The position numbers and the translations under genes were made by a program. Shown here in pieces: positions 11,420 through 21,817 of a stretch of DNA of 64,000 bases. A model generated the notes under the pieces. That model did no database searches and had not been told where the DNA came from. It worked only from the letters and a program-made list of their open reading frames with translations. Positions within the stretch are counted from its first letter, which is position 1. Each line of letters starts with the position of its first letter. Location of the stretch: NCBI GenBank assembly GCA_963719515.1, contig CAVRCJ010000011.1, forward strand, positions 416,001-480,000, given 5' to 3'. Source of the stretch: an uncultured cyanobacterium. GTDB lineage: Bacteria > Cyanobacteriota > Cyanobacteriia > CAKZMO01.

Positions 11420-11447
11420 CCTCCTAACCTCCCATATCAAAACTATA

Positions 11448-11463
11448 TGTAATCGTGGTTACA
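11448..11463. promoter_or_regulatory. Candidate NtcA box TGTA-N8-TACA
   Basis: TGTAATCGTGGTTACA in the divergent DUF3155/hik2 intergenic region; no canonical -10 at 22 nt. Confidence 0.4.
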
Positions 11464-11689
11464 AACTAAACCGTCGAAAGTATATCTATTTAATTTTAAA
11501 ATTTCAACTTCGTTTAACCTTTCGACACAAACCCATAGTTTTTTTTTATGATTTTACTAGCGCCTCGTCTCCTCAGGTTGTTTTCTCTCCCGGGTGATGC
11601 AAGCTGGTACAGGCCTTACCAACGTCCTTCGAGCCCCCCTCCAAAACTGGCCGTGTCGATTAAACTACGCCACGTCGTACATCCCGCCC

Positions 11690-13354
11690 ATGTCGATTAG
11701 TCAAGAATTCCTCGATTTATGTCGGGCTCAACTCAAACTGCTTGTGCAGGGGCTAGGGGTGTCCTTTGGCGTGGTTTACCTTACCACAGAGGGCAGTTTT
11801 GAAGACGGATCGCCTATGCTAACTCCCGTCGCCGCCTATCCTGAAACGGTCGCTCGCAAGGCCGCTCGGCTGCTCACCACCAGAATCACCCCGCCCAAAA
11901 CCCCACCGGGCGATCGCGGCAGTACGGTAGCTGAGCAGCCTCAAGGGAATGATTCGCACCAAGGCTCAGAGCGCCAAAACCCAGAGCGCCAAAACCCAGA
12001 GCGCCAAAACCCAGAGCGCCACACTTTGCAGGAGTCGACGCTGCTGCGCGCGATTCAGCAGATAGACCCAAGCGAGGGTTTGGTTTCTATCCCCGATGTA
12101 TTACCAGACTTTTTGCCCAACGGCCCTGAGGAGGAAACGACGGCTATCGACGATGGAGCCCAGCCGACCCAGGGAGAGGCTGTGGCCTACAGCCCCGACG
12201 CTGACGACCCCAGCAGCCGTGATAGCGGCTACACCCCCAGCGACGACGACTTTGCCTCGCCTGTTGAGCCTTCTCACCAAGGCCAAATTGTTGTCCCTCT
12301 AACCTATAACAATCTAGTTTTGGGGGTATTGGTCATTGCCCGCACCAACCAGACCTGGACGGCCTCAGAACAGCGTCAAATTGAGCAGGTTGCTCGCACC
12401 CTGGCCACCGCATGTAGGCTAGATCGGCGGGCCCGTTGGGTCGAGCAAAAGCTTCGTGAGCAGCATCTGGCCTATGAGGCCTTCCATCAGCAGCAAGACA
12501 GCATGCTAGACACATTGCTGCACCAGCTTCGTAACCCGCTGACGGCGGTTCAAACCTTCGGGAAACTGCTGCTAAGACGGGTTCAACCTGAAGATGATAA
12601 TCGCAGCGCAGCAGAAGGCATTGTGCGCGAGAGCGATCGCATTCGACTGCTGTTGGAACAGTTTGACCAAGTGATGGCGCCGCTACCGCCAACGCTGCCG
12701 GCTGCCGATCCGATTACAGAGGTCGACTACATCATCTCCGGCGCTGGCGAGACGCTAGACGCCAGCGTTGCCTCTGTGCCGTCTCCTGCTACGTCGGCCT
12801 ATGTTCTCACAGGTGGGGAGCTAGAGCTATCCCCAGTCAACATTAGAGCGGTTCTCAATCCGCTGATGGCGGCTACGGTGGCCAGAGCCCAAGAGCGTCA
12901 CATCGAGATTTACCACAACGATAGCGAGCCAAGCTCGCCCCATGAGATCTGGGTTATCGCCGATACCAGCGCACTTCAAGAAGTGCTGAGCAACCTGCTG
13001 GATAACGCCGTCAAGTACACCCCCTTGGGGGGATACATTGAGGTGCGCTTGGGGGACGGGGGCAACAGCGGAGCGACGGAGACGGTCGTCATTGCGGATA
13101 CGGGACCCGGCATTCCAGTAGAAGACCAGCGCCACCTATTTGAGCGCCACTTTCGCGGGGTGCAGGCGGCAGGCGATATTCCCGGGACGGGACTCGGCCT
13201 AGCGATCGCCCAAGAGCTGATGCAGCAGATGGGGGGAGCGCTAGAGGTCTATAGCCCCGCCACCACCAGCCAGCGCCTCTCTCAGCGCTATCCAAATCAC
13301 GCGGCCGGAACGGCCATCGTTTTGCAGCTGCCGAGCAGTGGGGCGCAGGTCTAG
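11690..13354 (+). CDS. hik2: GAF-domain sensor histidine kinase, Hik2-like
   Basis: N-terminal SQEFLDLCRAQL...VVYLT, H-box LLHQLRNPLTA, NLLDNAVKYT, GTGLGL; divergent from DUF3155. Confidence 0.8.
   Translation: MSISQEFLDLCRAQLKLLVQGLGVSFGVVYLTTEGSFEDGSPMLTPVAAYPETVARKAARLLTTRITPPKTPPGDRGSTVAEQPQGNDSHQGSERQNPERQNPERQNPERHTLQESTLLRAIQQIDPSEGLVSIPDVLPDFLPNGPEEETTAIDDGAQPTQGEAVAYSPDADDPSSRDSGYTPSDDDFASPVEPSHQGQIVVPLTYNNLVLGVLVIARTNQTWTASEQRQIEQVARTLATACRLDRRARWVEQKLREQHLAYEAFHQQQDSMLDTLLHQLRNPLTAVQTFGKLLLRRVQPEDDNRSAAEGIVRESDRIRLLLEQFDQVMAPLPPTLPAADPITEVDYIISGAGETLDASVASVPSPATSAYVLTGGELELSPVNIRAVLNPLMAATVARAQERHIEIYHNDSEPSSPHEIWVIADTSALQEVLSNLLDNAVKYTPLGGYIEVRLGDGGNSGATETVVIADTGPGIPVEDQRHLFERHFRGVQAAGDIPGTGLGLAIAQELMQQMGGALEVYSPATTSQRLSQRYPNHAAGTAIVLQLPSSGAQV
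11967..12021 (+). repeat. 15-bp tandem repeat CAGAGCGCCAAAACC x3.6 (in-frame PERQN)
   Basis: Direct reading. Confidence 0.9.
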
Positions 13355-13370
13355 CGAGCACTGCAAAATC

Positions 13371-13817
13371 TCACGCCAGCGCCAAAATCTTCTCGGCCAC
13401 CGCGCCCTCCACCGGAATTACCGAGAGCCGGTTCCCCCGCCGCAGGATGAGCAAGTCATCCTCGGTGAAGGTTTTCCTCAGGGTCTCTAGCGTGAGCACC
13501 TCAGAGAATGCCCGCTCGAAAGCCACCGTCACCGTCTGCCAGCGAGGCGTCTCCACCGTCGATTTTGGGTCGTAGTAGGGGCTAGTGACATCAAACTGGG
13601 AGGGATCATCCACAGCCGCTTCGACGACGGTCATCAGCCCCGCAATGCCGGGGGGCTTGGTATTGGAGTGATAAAAAAAGGCGCGATCGCCCGCCGCCAT
13701 CTGCCGTAAAAAGTTTCGGGCCTGGTAGTTTCTGACGCCGTCCCACAATGTAGTTTGGTCAGCCTCTAAATTCGAAATGCCGTACACGCTCGGCTCGGAC
13801 TTCATCAACCAATACAT
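13371..13817 (-). CDS. EVE domain protein
   Basis: YWLMKSEP, WDGVRNYQARNFL, FFYHS, RLSVIPV. Confidence 0.92.
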   Translation of the reverse strand: MYWLMKSEPSVYGISNLEADQTTLWDGVRNYQARNFLRQMAAGDRAFFYHSNTKPPGIAGLMTVVEAAVDDPSQFDVTSPYYDPKSTVETPRWQTVTVAFERAFSEVLTLETLRKTFTEDDLLILRRGNRLSVIPVEGAVAEKILALA

Positions 13818-13843
13818 AGGCTCTTTTGAAGAGTGGGCTAAAC

Positions 13844-15364
13844 TTATTCCGCAGATTCACTGCCATCTTCAAGCGCTTCAGAAGATAGCGGCGATTCGAA
13901 TCCCCGATCGATGTCTTCGTACAGCGCGCGCTCCCCTGGCTCCTCCAAGGGCATCGCCTCCTGAGCGCTGTAGGAAGGCTCCGCCCGCCTCACCTGGACA
14001 TGATGGAGCCTGGGACCATCCATAGAGATCACCGTCATCTCCCAAGGCCCGGTCTGCAGGACTTCTCCCAGCGTCGGAATCTTCTGTAGATGGTGGATCA
14101 AAAACCCGCCCAGCGTCTGGTAGTCGTCGGCGGTAGGGAGCCCCATGTCTAACAGCTCGTTGAGTTCCTCTAGGTCAAGCTGGGCCTGAACCAGATAGGT
14201 TTGGTCCCCCAACAGCCTCACCGGAGAGTCTTCTTCTCCCTCTAGCTCGATATCACCACCGATGATCTCAGCGGTCAAATCCTGAATCGTGATTAGACCG
14301 GCGGTGCCGCCGAACTCATCCACCACCATTACCATCGGCTGCCCCGATCGCTGTATCAGCTGCAGCAGCTCGTGCAGCGGCATCGATTCTGGAACGAAGC
14401 GAGCCGGTTTAATCCAAGCGCCGATGCGGCTGTCAAAGGCGAGGTCATTTTGCACCAAAGGCTGGGCCAGATCCTTGAAGTGAAGAATGCCGCTAATGTC
14501 GTCGAGGGATTCCCCCGTAATTGGGTAGCGAGAGTAGCCGCTGGTGCTTACCTCGTTGAGCACCAGGTTGAGATCAGCGTCTGCTGGAAGGGCGACAATG
14601 CTCGTGCGGGGAACCATAACCTCGCCTACGGTCACATCTCCGAACTCAATAGCGTTGCTCAGCAGCTCCCGCTCATCGGCCTCAAGGCCGGTGGACTCCG
14701 TGGACGTGCTGATGATAATCTGCAGCTCCTCAGGGGTAAGGCGGCTCGACAGGCTCTCAAGCTGATAGGGGACGCCCAGCAGCCGCAGCAGGAAGCGGGT
14801 GGACTGATTGAGCACCCAGATAAACGGGTTAAAGCAGCGGGCGATCGCCATGCTGGGCGGGGCCAGGATGCGGGCCAGCCGCTCGGCATCGATTAGGGCG
14901 ACAGACTTGGGGCAAAGCTCTCCCAAAACAATCTGCAGGTAGGCCACCACGATAAACGCAGCAGGAATGCTGACGGTATGGGCAATCGGCCCCGCCATTT
15001 GAGGGAAGAACCGCTGAAGAATGCCGCTGATGGGACCGGCCAGGGTATTTTCGCTGATCCAGCCGAGAGCCAAGCTAGAGAGCGTAATACCCAATTGGGT
15101 CGTCGAGAGCAGCCGCTCGATGCTGCGCTGCAGCACCTGCACCATCTTCGCCTGGGCATCCCCGGAGGAGGCGAGCTGACTGATGCGCGATCGCCTCACC
15201 GAGACAATCGAGAACTCTGCTGTGACAAAGAACGCATTGATCGCAATCAGCACCGCGATCGCGAGTAGCCTAAAGGCAGTATCCGACAGAGACAGGGGCG
15301 GCAAGGGCGCACCGTTGGTCACTAGTAGGCTAACCTCTAGCAGCCCTGAACCTGAACGCAGCAT
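13844..15364 (-). CDS. Hemolysin-family CNNM/CBS/CorC-HlyC protein
   Basis: NAFFVTAEFSIVSVR, GELCPK, SRYPI, VVDEFGGTAGL, QTLGGF. Confidence 0.9.
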   Translation of the reverse strand: MLRSGSGLLEVSLLVTNGAPLPPLSLSDTAFRLLAIAVLIAINAFFVTAEFSIVSVRRSRISQLASSGDAQAKMVQVLQRSIERLLSTTQLGITLSSLALGWISENTLAGPISGILQRFFPQMAGPIAHTVSIPAAFIVVAYLQIVLGELCPKSVALIDAERLARILAPPSMAIARCFNPFIWVLNQSTRFLLRLLGVPYQLESLSSRLTPEELQIIISTSTESTGLEADERELLSNAIEFGDVTVGEVMVPRTSIVALPADADLNLVLNEVSTSGYSRYPITGESLDDISGILHFKDLAQPLVQNDLAFDSRIGAWIKPARFVPESMPLHELLQLIQRSGQPMVMVVDEFGGTAGLITIQDLTAEIIGGDIELEGEEDSPVRLLGDQTYLVQAQLDLEELNELLDMGLPTADDYQTLGGFLIHHLQKIPTLGEVLQTGPWEMTVISMDGPRLHHVQVRRAEPSYSAQEAMPLEEPGERALYEDIDRGFESPLSSEALEDGSESAE

Positions 15365-15444
15365 GGGGTTTGTGCCGTAAAAAGTAGGAGACGCGGTTTG
15401 GCCAGATTTGGAGAGCCACGCAGCGAGACTGTAGTGCTGAGGGG

Positions 15445-15708
15445 CTATTGGGGAGGCTGCGCAGGGGCACCATTTGTTCGAGCCGCGATGTCTTCAAGAA
15501 TAGCGTCTTCAGAAACAAATTCTATCTTTGCACGCTGGGTGCGATCGCTATTGTCATTCTCAAAGCGAGCAGGCCGCATATCGGGCTGAGTGATGCCCTG
15601 AAGTGCGGCTCGCCCCAAAGTATATCCCCAGAAGCCACTGACGACGGTTGCACCTGCCATCAGGGACAAAAACATAACGGTCAGAGCAATCATCGGGTCA
15701 ATACGCAT
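15445..15708 (-). CDS. Small hypothetical membrane protein
   Basis: One TM helix followed by GYTLGRAALQGITQPD. Confidence 0.7.
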   Translation of the reverse strand: MRIDPMIALTVMFLSLMAGATVVSGFWGYTLGRAALQGITQPDMRPARFENDNSDRTQRAKIEFVSEDAILEDIAARTNGAPAQPPQ

Positions 15709-15764
15709 AGCGGGTGAGGATTAGACAATCGTAAAATTCAAGCTAATATAGAATTCAATCTCGC

Positions 15765-15837
15765 CCAGGGTTGGCCGAGCGGATGAGGCAGCGAACTCAT
15801 AATTCGCCTTAGGCAGGTTCGATTCCTGCACCCTGGA
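15765..15837 (+). tRNA. tRNA with CAT anticodon, probably tRNA-Ile2 (lysidine) rather than Met
   Basis: CCAGGGT/ACCCTGG acceptor stem, GCGAA-CTCATAA-TTCGC anticodon arm, GCAGG-TTCGATT-CCTGC T arm; 73 nt, CCA not encoded. Confidence 0.93.
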
Positions 15838-15945
15838 TCCTTATTGTTGCTAGGGCGCTAACTGCAGCTACAGCGCTAGCAGGCCGACGCCGATTCCCTT
15901 TAGGGCTAGCGCGATCGCTCCAAAGCCTGCTGCCGCCTTTGCTGT

Positions 15946-16437
15946 CTACCACAGCGCTGGAATCGGTCCGGACTGTACAGGGACCGAGCGAAGCGGAGGA
16001 GCGGGTATGGGCTGGGTTAGCGGCGCGTTGACAAAGGCCTCCTCCTCGACAATTGGCGATAGAAGCAGAGAGGTTGAGTAAGGGTTGGGCAAATCGGGAG
16101 TCAGCAGTATGGGGCCAGAGTTCGTCTGCTGCCGCAGTACCGTTTCGTAAACCTCGTGAACGCGCTCGCCGTCTCGCGTGATCTCGACATCGGGAAAGCC
16201 AATGCCAAACAGGTAGCTAACCTGTCGGGCAACGCTGCGGTTGTTAAAGAAGTTTTCATCGTGGGAGAAAAACGCGTCTTCGAACTCTGCCTGAATCGAG
16301 CCTTCTAGCTCCTGCCCTATCGCCCGCTCGCTGAGAGCGATGGGAAACATCACCATCAGCGCCAAAAGACCGGCCCCCTTGGCAATGGCCCCCTTAAAGC
16401 TGTGAGTAGGCGAATTCCGAAATGTCTGAATAGTCAT
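15946..16437 (-). CDS. Hypothetical exported protein ending PIPALW
   Basis: GAGGAG RBS, signal-peptide-like N-terminus, Pro-rich tail. Confidence 0.75.
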   Translation of the reverse strand: MTIQTFRNSPTHSFKGAIAKGAGLLALMVMFPIALSERAIGQELEGSIQAEFEDAFFSHDENFFNNRSVARQVSYLFGIGFPDVEITRDGERVHEVYETVLRQQTNSGPILLTPDLPNPYSTSLLLSPIVEEEAFVNAPLTQPIPAPPLRSVPVQSGPIPALW

Positions 16438-16717
16438 AGCCGTGACTCCTCGATTTGACCAATAGCCATACATTGAACTGCGTACCAAACCTTGTTTGGG
16501 TTTTGCCTCCGACTCGATTTAGGTTTATCTATTATGCAATTTTAATGAACCTATCACCAGCACCCGTGACTAACATAGAAAACAGCATTGCAGATCAACA
16601 TACCCCCAAGCCGGCGGTTTAGATCACCGCCCTATGGCAGGTTATGGTTAAACTGCATCGAACCGGCGGCGGGCAGCCGCCCAGACCTCTCACGCGACAA
16701 CCCTCTCCACACCCTTA

Positions 16718-17377
16718 ATGAGTCACCCTACCTCCCCCCCCGAATCCTCCATCGACCGCTCAGGTGAGGCTATCCCAAATTCTCAGAGCGGTGATACCGG
16801 CGACAACGATACCAATCCGCCAGCGCAACAGCTGCTTTCCCTCCTGTGCGAGGTTGCCTACAAGGAGGGGGATTTCGTGCTCTCGTCGGGCCAGCGGAGC
16901 CCGTATTACATCAACGGCAAGCAAGTTACCCTACATCCCCAGGGCGGGCTCTTGGTGGGGCAGGTTCTGCTGCCTATGGTGCTAGAGGAGGCTGTGGCCG
17001 TAGCCGGATTGACGCTGGGTGCCGATCCGATGGTGAGCGCCGTCAACGTCGTCGCCGCCCTGCAGGGGCGATCGCTTGCGGCCCTGATTGTGCGCAAAGA
17101 AGCCAAAGGGCATGGCACCCAAGCCTATATCGAAGGCCCAACGCTTCCGGAGGGCAGCCCGGTGGTGGTGTTAGAGGATGTTGTGACAACTGGACAATCT
17201 GCCCTTAAAGCAGTGACTCGACTGCGGCAGGCAGGGTATTGTGTGGAACAGGTTATATCGCTGGTCGACCGCCTCCAGGGGGGAGGTGAACTCTACCGAG
17301 AGCAGGGTCTGCTGTTTCAGGCGGTGTTTACGATTGAGCAGATTCAAGCTGAGTGGCGAAGAAGTTATTGTAAGTAG
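16718..17377 (+). CDS. pyrE: Orotate phosphoribosyltransferase
   Basis: GDFVLSSGQRSPYY, RKEAKGHG, VVVLEDVVTTGQS. Confidence 0.95.
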   Translation: MSHPTSPPESSIDRSGEAIPNSQSGDTGDNDTNPPAQQLLSLLCEVAYKEGDFVLSSGQRSPYYINGKQVTLHPQGGLLVGQVLLPMVLEEAVAVAGLTLGADPMVSAVNVVAALQGRSLAALIVRKEAKGHGTQAYIEGPTLPEGSPVVVLEDVVTTGQSALKAVTRLRQAGYCVEQVISLVDRLQGGGELYREQGLLFQAVFTIEQIQAEWRRSYCK

Positions 17378-17435
17378 GATTTTGTTGGGGATGTCTGAGA
17401 CAGGATTGAGCTACACCGGGAGAGGGAAACCCATT

Positions 17436-18380
17436 ATGTCAATAGGTCGGTGCCGGAAATTCACGGTACCTGTTACACCATCTGTTTTGACCGCCTCTAT
17501 TGTGACGGCAGGCCTGTCGGTGATTACAGCCCTGGGGGCCCCTGCCCTAGGACAGTCGGCGGCGGATCTCACTCCAGAGCCTGCCCCAGGGCAGCTAGTC
17601 CCAGAGCAGCTCATATTAGAGCAGCTGCCAGACCTACCGGCTCTAGAGCTCCAGCAGCCAGTGCTACCAGCCCTAGATCCCTTACCCTCAGAACAGCAGA
17701 CGCGCTCCCCCTTACGGATACCGCTGTCGGTCACCCCTGCGCCACTAGACCCTGCAGTTTCAGAACCAGCGGCACCAAATCTTGCAGCACCCGAACTAAC
17801 GTCACCCGAACCAACGTCACCCGAGCGATCGCCCCTCGCTCAGCCCGCCCCCCCTCAACCCACCCTCGACGCCGCCCGCTCTCTCCCGCCGTCAGCGCCC
17901 AGCACTGACGTAACGCCTCTCCCTCCCCGCTACCCCAGCGACGCCAGCTTTCTGTTGCCACCCCGCCCTATCTTCGCCGAGCCGCAGTCTACTGCAATGC
18001 GGCTAGTGCTGCGGCTGAGCGATCGCCGCGTCTACCTCTACCGGGGGGATGACGTGGAGGTCAGCTACCCGGTGGCTGTGGGCAAAGCGGGCTGGGAAAC
18101 CCCCGTCGGCTCATACGAAGTCATGGCGATGATCGAAGATCCCAGCTGGGAAAACCCCTTCACGGGAGCCGTCATTCCTGCAGGCCCCGACAACCCATTG
18201 GGGGACCGGTGGATTGGCTTTTGGACCGACGGCAGCAACTTTATTGGCTTCCACGGTACGCCCAACGAGGGCTCGGTTGGTCGCGCCGCCTCCCACGGCT
18301 GCGTGCGCATGTACAACCGCGATATCAATGAGCTATTTACCGTGGTCGCTATGGGCACCCCGGTCATTGTTGAACAATAA
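17436..18380 (+). CDS. L,D-transpeptidase (YkuD domain) with Pro-rich linker
   Basis: YPVAVGK, NPLGDRW, IGFHGT...SHGCVRM; start uncertain. Confidence 0.9.
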   Translation: MSIGRCRKFTVPVTPSVLTASIVTAGLSVITALGAPALGQSAADLTPEPAPGQLVPEQLILEQLPDLPALELQQPVLPALDPLPSEQQTRSPLRIPLSVTPAPLDPAVSEPAAPNLAAPELTSPEPTSPERSPLAQPAPPQPTLDAARSLPPSAPSTDVTPLPPRYPSDASFLLPPRPIFAEPQSTAMRLVLRLSDRRVYLYRGDDVEVSYPVAVGKAGWETPVGSYEVMAMIEDPSWENPFTGAVIPAGPDNPLGDRWIGFWTDGSNFIGFHGTPNEGSVGRAASHGCVRMYNRDINELFTVVAMGTPVIVEQ

Positions 18381-18445
18381 TTTGCGTATGGCAGGGTCAA
18401 GCGGCCGTTTGACCCTACCGTGACCAACCTCCCAACTACCAAACC

Positions 18446-19813
18446 ATGCCGTATCGGTTTCCGGAAAACTTCTGCTGGGGCACCGCCACCTCCGCCTATC
18501 AAATTGAGGGAGCGATCGCAGCTGATGGCCGCGCGCCCAGCGTTTGGGATACCTTCAGCGCCACCCCAAACCGGGTACTGGGCGGGGATACCGGGGCGAT
18601 CGCCTGCGACCACTACCACCGCTACCCTGAAGACGTTGCGCTAATGGCGGAACTTGGGGTGCGCCACTACCGCTTCAGCCTCTCTTGGAGCCGCATTTTG
18701 CCGGGGGGACGCGGGGCCGTCAACGAAGCTGGGCTCGATTTCTACCGCCGCCTGGTCGATACTCTCTTGGACCACGGCATCACCCCCCACGCCACCCTCT
18801 TCCACTGGGATAGCCCCCAGGCCCTAGAAGATGAATACGGCTCTTGGCAAAGCCGCCAAATGGCTCAGGACTTTGCCGACTACGCTACGGCGGTGGTGAG
18901 CCGCCTGGGCGATCGCATCACCCACTGGATGACGATCAACGAAATCTCCTGCTTCACCCACATGAGCTACGGTACGGGTGACCTGCCGGTCCATGCTCCT
19001 GGCACGGTGGTCAAGCGAGAAAAAGACATCTGGCAGACCTCTCATCACGCTCTGCTAGCCCACGGCTTGGGCACTCAGGCCATCCGCGCGGCCTCTCCCC
19101 AGCCCTGCTCTGTGGCTTTAGTAGATAACTTCGCCGTACCCGTGCCCCTCACCGAGACCGAGGCTGACATCGCGGCGGCGCAACAGGCTTTCCCCCTGCA
19201 GTGGGCCAATGGCGGCATTATTGTCCCTGCTCTGACGGGGCGCTACAGCCCGGAACTGCTAGAGCAGCTCGGCAAAGAGGCCCCCGATATGCAGCCGGGA
19301 GACCTAGAGACTATCCATCAGCCCCTCGACGCCTTGGGCATTAACGTTTACTCCGGCGTCTACGTCCGCGCCATGGGCGATGGCTATCAGGTGCTGCCTT
19401 TTCCGAAAGGCTACCCCCGACTACACATGCCCTGGCTACAGCTGATGCCCGACGTGCTCTACTGGGCCGTGCGCCACGTGAGCGACACACTAGGTCAGCC
19501 TGACCTACCGCTGCTGATTACCGAAAACGGCTGCGCCGCCCAAGACGAGGTGAGCGAGACCGGGACCGAAGTACTCGACAGCGATCGCATTCTTTACCTG
19601 CGCTGCGCCCTCAGAGCCGCCCATCGCGCTATCGACGAGGGCTATCCGCTACAGGGCTACTTTGCCTGGAGTCTGCTGGACAACTTTGAATGGGCCTACG
19701 GTTACGACCGCCGCTTTGGCCTCGTCTACGTAGACTACGCTACCCAGCAGCGACTGCCGAAGGCTAGCTACCACTGGTACCGCACTTGCATCAGCCAAGG
19801 GCGAGTGGTTTAG
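18446..19813 (+). CDS. GH1 beta-glucosidase
   Basis: WGTATSAYQIEG, TINE, ITENG, WSLLDNFEW. Confidence 0.95.
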   Translation: MPYRFPENFCWGTATSAYQIEGAIAADGRAPSVWDTFSATPNRVLGGDTGAIACDHYHRYPEDVALMAELGVRHYRFSLSWSRILPGGRGAVNEAGLDFYRRLVDTLLDHGITPHATLFHWDSPQALEDEYGSWQSRQMAQDFADYATAVVSRLGDRITHWMTINEISCFTHMSYGTGDLPVHAPGTVVKREKDIWQTSHHALLAHGLGTQAIRAASPQPCSVALVDNFAVPVPLTETEADIAAAQQAFPLQWANGGIIVPALTGRYSPELLEQLGKEAPDMQPGDLETIHQPLDALGINVYSGVYVRAMGDGYQVLPFPKGYPRLHMPWLQLMPDVLYWAVRHVSDTLGQPDLPLLITENGCAAQDEVSETGTEVLDSDRILYLRCALRAAHRAIDEGYPLQGYFAWSLLDNFEWAYGYDRRFGLVYVDYATQQRLPKASYHWYRTCISQGRVV

Positions 19814-19858
19814 GTCTGCTAGCATGGCCAGAAGCTTAGCTAAGAGATTGCGTGAGGC

Positions 19859-20633
19859 ATGCCTGTGGTTGTTGAAGGACTCGTTGCCAGCTTGCTCGCG
19901 GGGCTAGGAACTGGACTGGGGGCGCTGCCGGTTCTATTTATCAAAACGATTAGCGATCGCCTCCAGGGCATGATGCTGGGATTCGGCGGCGTCATGCTGG
20001 CAGCGACCACCTTTTCCCTCCTGCTGCCGGGGCAAGAAGCTGCCGTAAAGCAGGGATACAGCGAAACGGGCGCGGCCCTGGCAATGGCGTTGGGGCTGCT
20101 GGCGGGCGGCGTCTTTCTGTGGGTGGCCCACAACAACTTTCCCCACGAGCATGTGTTCAAGGGCAAAGAGGGCCCCGTTCGAGAAAATTTAACCCGCATC
20201 TGGCTATTTATTATTGCCATCACTATCCACAACTTTCCCGAAGGTTTAGCGGTCGGGGTAGGGTTTGGCGGCGACAGTATCTCCAACGCCCAGGCGCTAG
20301 CGGTTGGCATTGGCCTGCAAAACATTCCAGAAGGTCTAGTAGTAGCGCTAGCTCTGCGCGCCCCTAGATTACTCCGTAGCCTACGCCGTGGGAGTGTCGC
20401 TGCTGACGGGGCTAGTGGAGCCGGTAGGGGGGCTTGTGGGGGTGGGGGTGGTGAGCCTGGGGCAGACCCTGCTGCCCTGGGGCATGGCGTTTGCTGCGGG
20501 GGCCATGCTGTTTGTCATCAGCGATGAAATCATTCCTGAAACCCAGGATAAAGGCGTGGCCCAGGAGGGCACCTTTGGCATTATGACTGGGTTTGCGGTG
20601 ATGATGGTGCTCGACATCGCTTTGGGCGGCTAG
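19859..20633 (+). pseudogene. ZIP-family (ZupT-like) metal transporter with a +1 frameshift
   Basis: HNFPEG and QNIPEG motifs. Removing one C from the run at 20361-20364 gives ...LRALDYSVAYAVGVSLLTGLVEP... and an intact 257-aa protein. Confidence 0.85.
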
Positions 20634-20911
20634 CCCCGAAGCGTGGGGTAGGCCAGAGCGGACGGTAAGACAGCACACAGGTCCAGCGCAGACATGTTAT
20701 GCTGAAGCTGACTCGGACCCATGCGGTTACAACGCCCAAATCTTGTCAGGACCGGAAGGTAGCAGCAATACGGGATGCTTGAAACAGGCGTGGTCTCCGG
20801 GTCTCTTGCGTATGAGCTGCCACCCACCACGGCAGACGCGGCATTTATCGATAGAGTTTTATTGATATAGCGCGTATTGATAGCGCTCAGTGCGTTAGCT
20901 AAGGAGTCACT

Positions 20912-21289
20912 ATGCCTGGTCTTGGAGATTTAGTACAGCGAGCGTTTTATTTAGGGGTTGGTGTCGCATCCTACGCGGGTGAGAAGGCCGGAAAAACGAT
21001 AGCAGAGCTGCGCGTTCAGGCTCAGAAGATTGCTGATGAGATGGTTGAGCGGGGCGAGATTACGGCGGATGACGCCAGACGTTTGGTGGATGAAATGGTG
21101 CGGCGAGCCCAGGTCGGCGACGGTCAGCGCCCCGATTCTGCTAACGTAACGGTAGTAGATGTTGACGCTCAGGAAGCCCAGACCCCGCGCCCGATTGAAA
21201 TTACGGACGATGAGGACGATGTGGGTGATTTGCGTCAGCAAGTCGACAAACTCCAAGATGAGCTGCGACGCTTGAAGCGTGAACCGTAA
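20912..21289 (+). CDS. Phasin-like conserved coiled-coil protein
   Basis: RAFYLGVGVASYA...DEMVERGEIT; AAGGAG RBS. Confidence 0.75.
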   Translation: MPGLGDLVQRAFYLGVGVASYAGEKAGKTIAELRVQAQKIADEMVERGEITADDARRLVDEMVRRAQVGDGQRPDSANVTVVDVDAQEAQTPRPIEITDDEDDVGDLRQQVDKLQDELRRLKREP

Positions 21290-21323
21290 GCTCATCACTA
21301 CGCTATACCCTCCAAACTGCTTT

Positions 21324-21761
21324 ATGGATGATTGGTTTGAAGAGCTAAACCGCGCCGTTGACACGATGCGGCAAGATTTAGAAACCTTGTTTCAAGAGGC
21401 CACAGACGCCGCTATCGAGTTCACCGACTCGATGATTCAGATTTCTGAGGAGGTGGGAGAGCAGGTGCAGACTACGCTGCTCACTGAGGCGGAGCAGGTC
21501 GTCGGAATCCTCGTCGAGCAAGTGGACGAATGGTTGACGCCGGGGTACTTCTCCCTCGACATTGACCTGTATTGGGACCCAGACCTTAGCGAGCCTTGGG
21601 TTGAGCGCGTCACCCCCAGCGATAGTCAGCATCCGGCCTGCGTAGGCTGCAAGCACTACCACGGACGCGTCTACAGCGGCAATTTGCTGGTGTGCGGCAT
21701 GCATCCCTACGGCTCGGAGAGCGAGGAATGCCCCGATTGGGAACGCAAGGTGCTGGGCTAA
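21324..21761 (+). CDS. Hypothetical protein with C-terminal Cys/His cluster
   Basis: CVGCKHYHG...LVCGMHPYG...CPDW. Confidence 0.75.
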   Translation: MDDWFEELNRAVDTMRQDLETLFQEATDAAIEFTDSMIQISEEVGEQVQTTLLTEAEQVVGILVEQVDEWLTPGYFSLDIDLYWDPDLSEPWVERVTPSDSQHPACVGCKHYHGRVYSGNLLVCGMHPYGSESEECPDWERKVLG

Positions 21762-21817
21762 AACAAGACGTTCATAATTTGGCGTAGGGGCATGCAGCTG
21801 TGTGCCCCTACAGCGCG

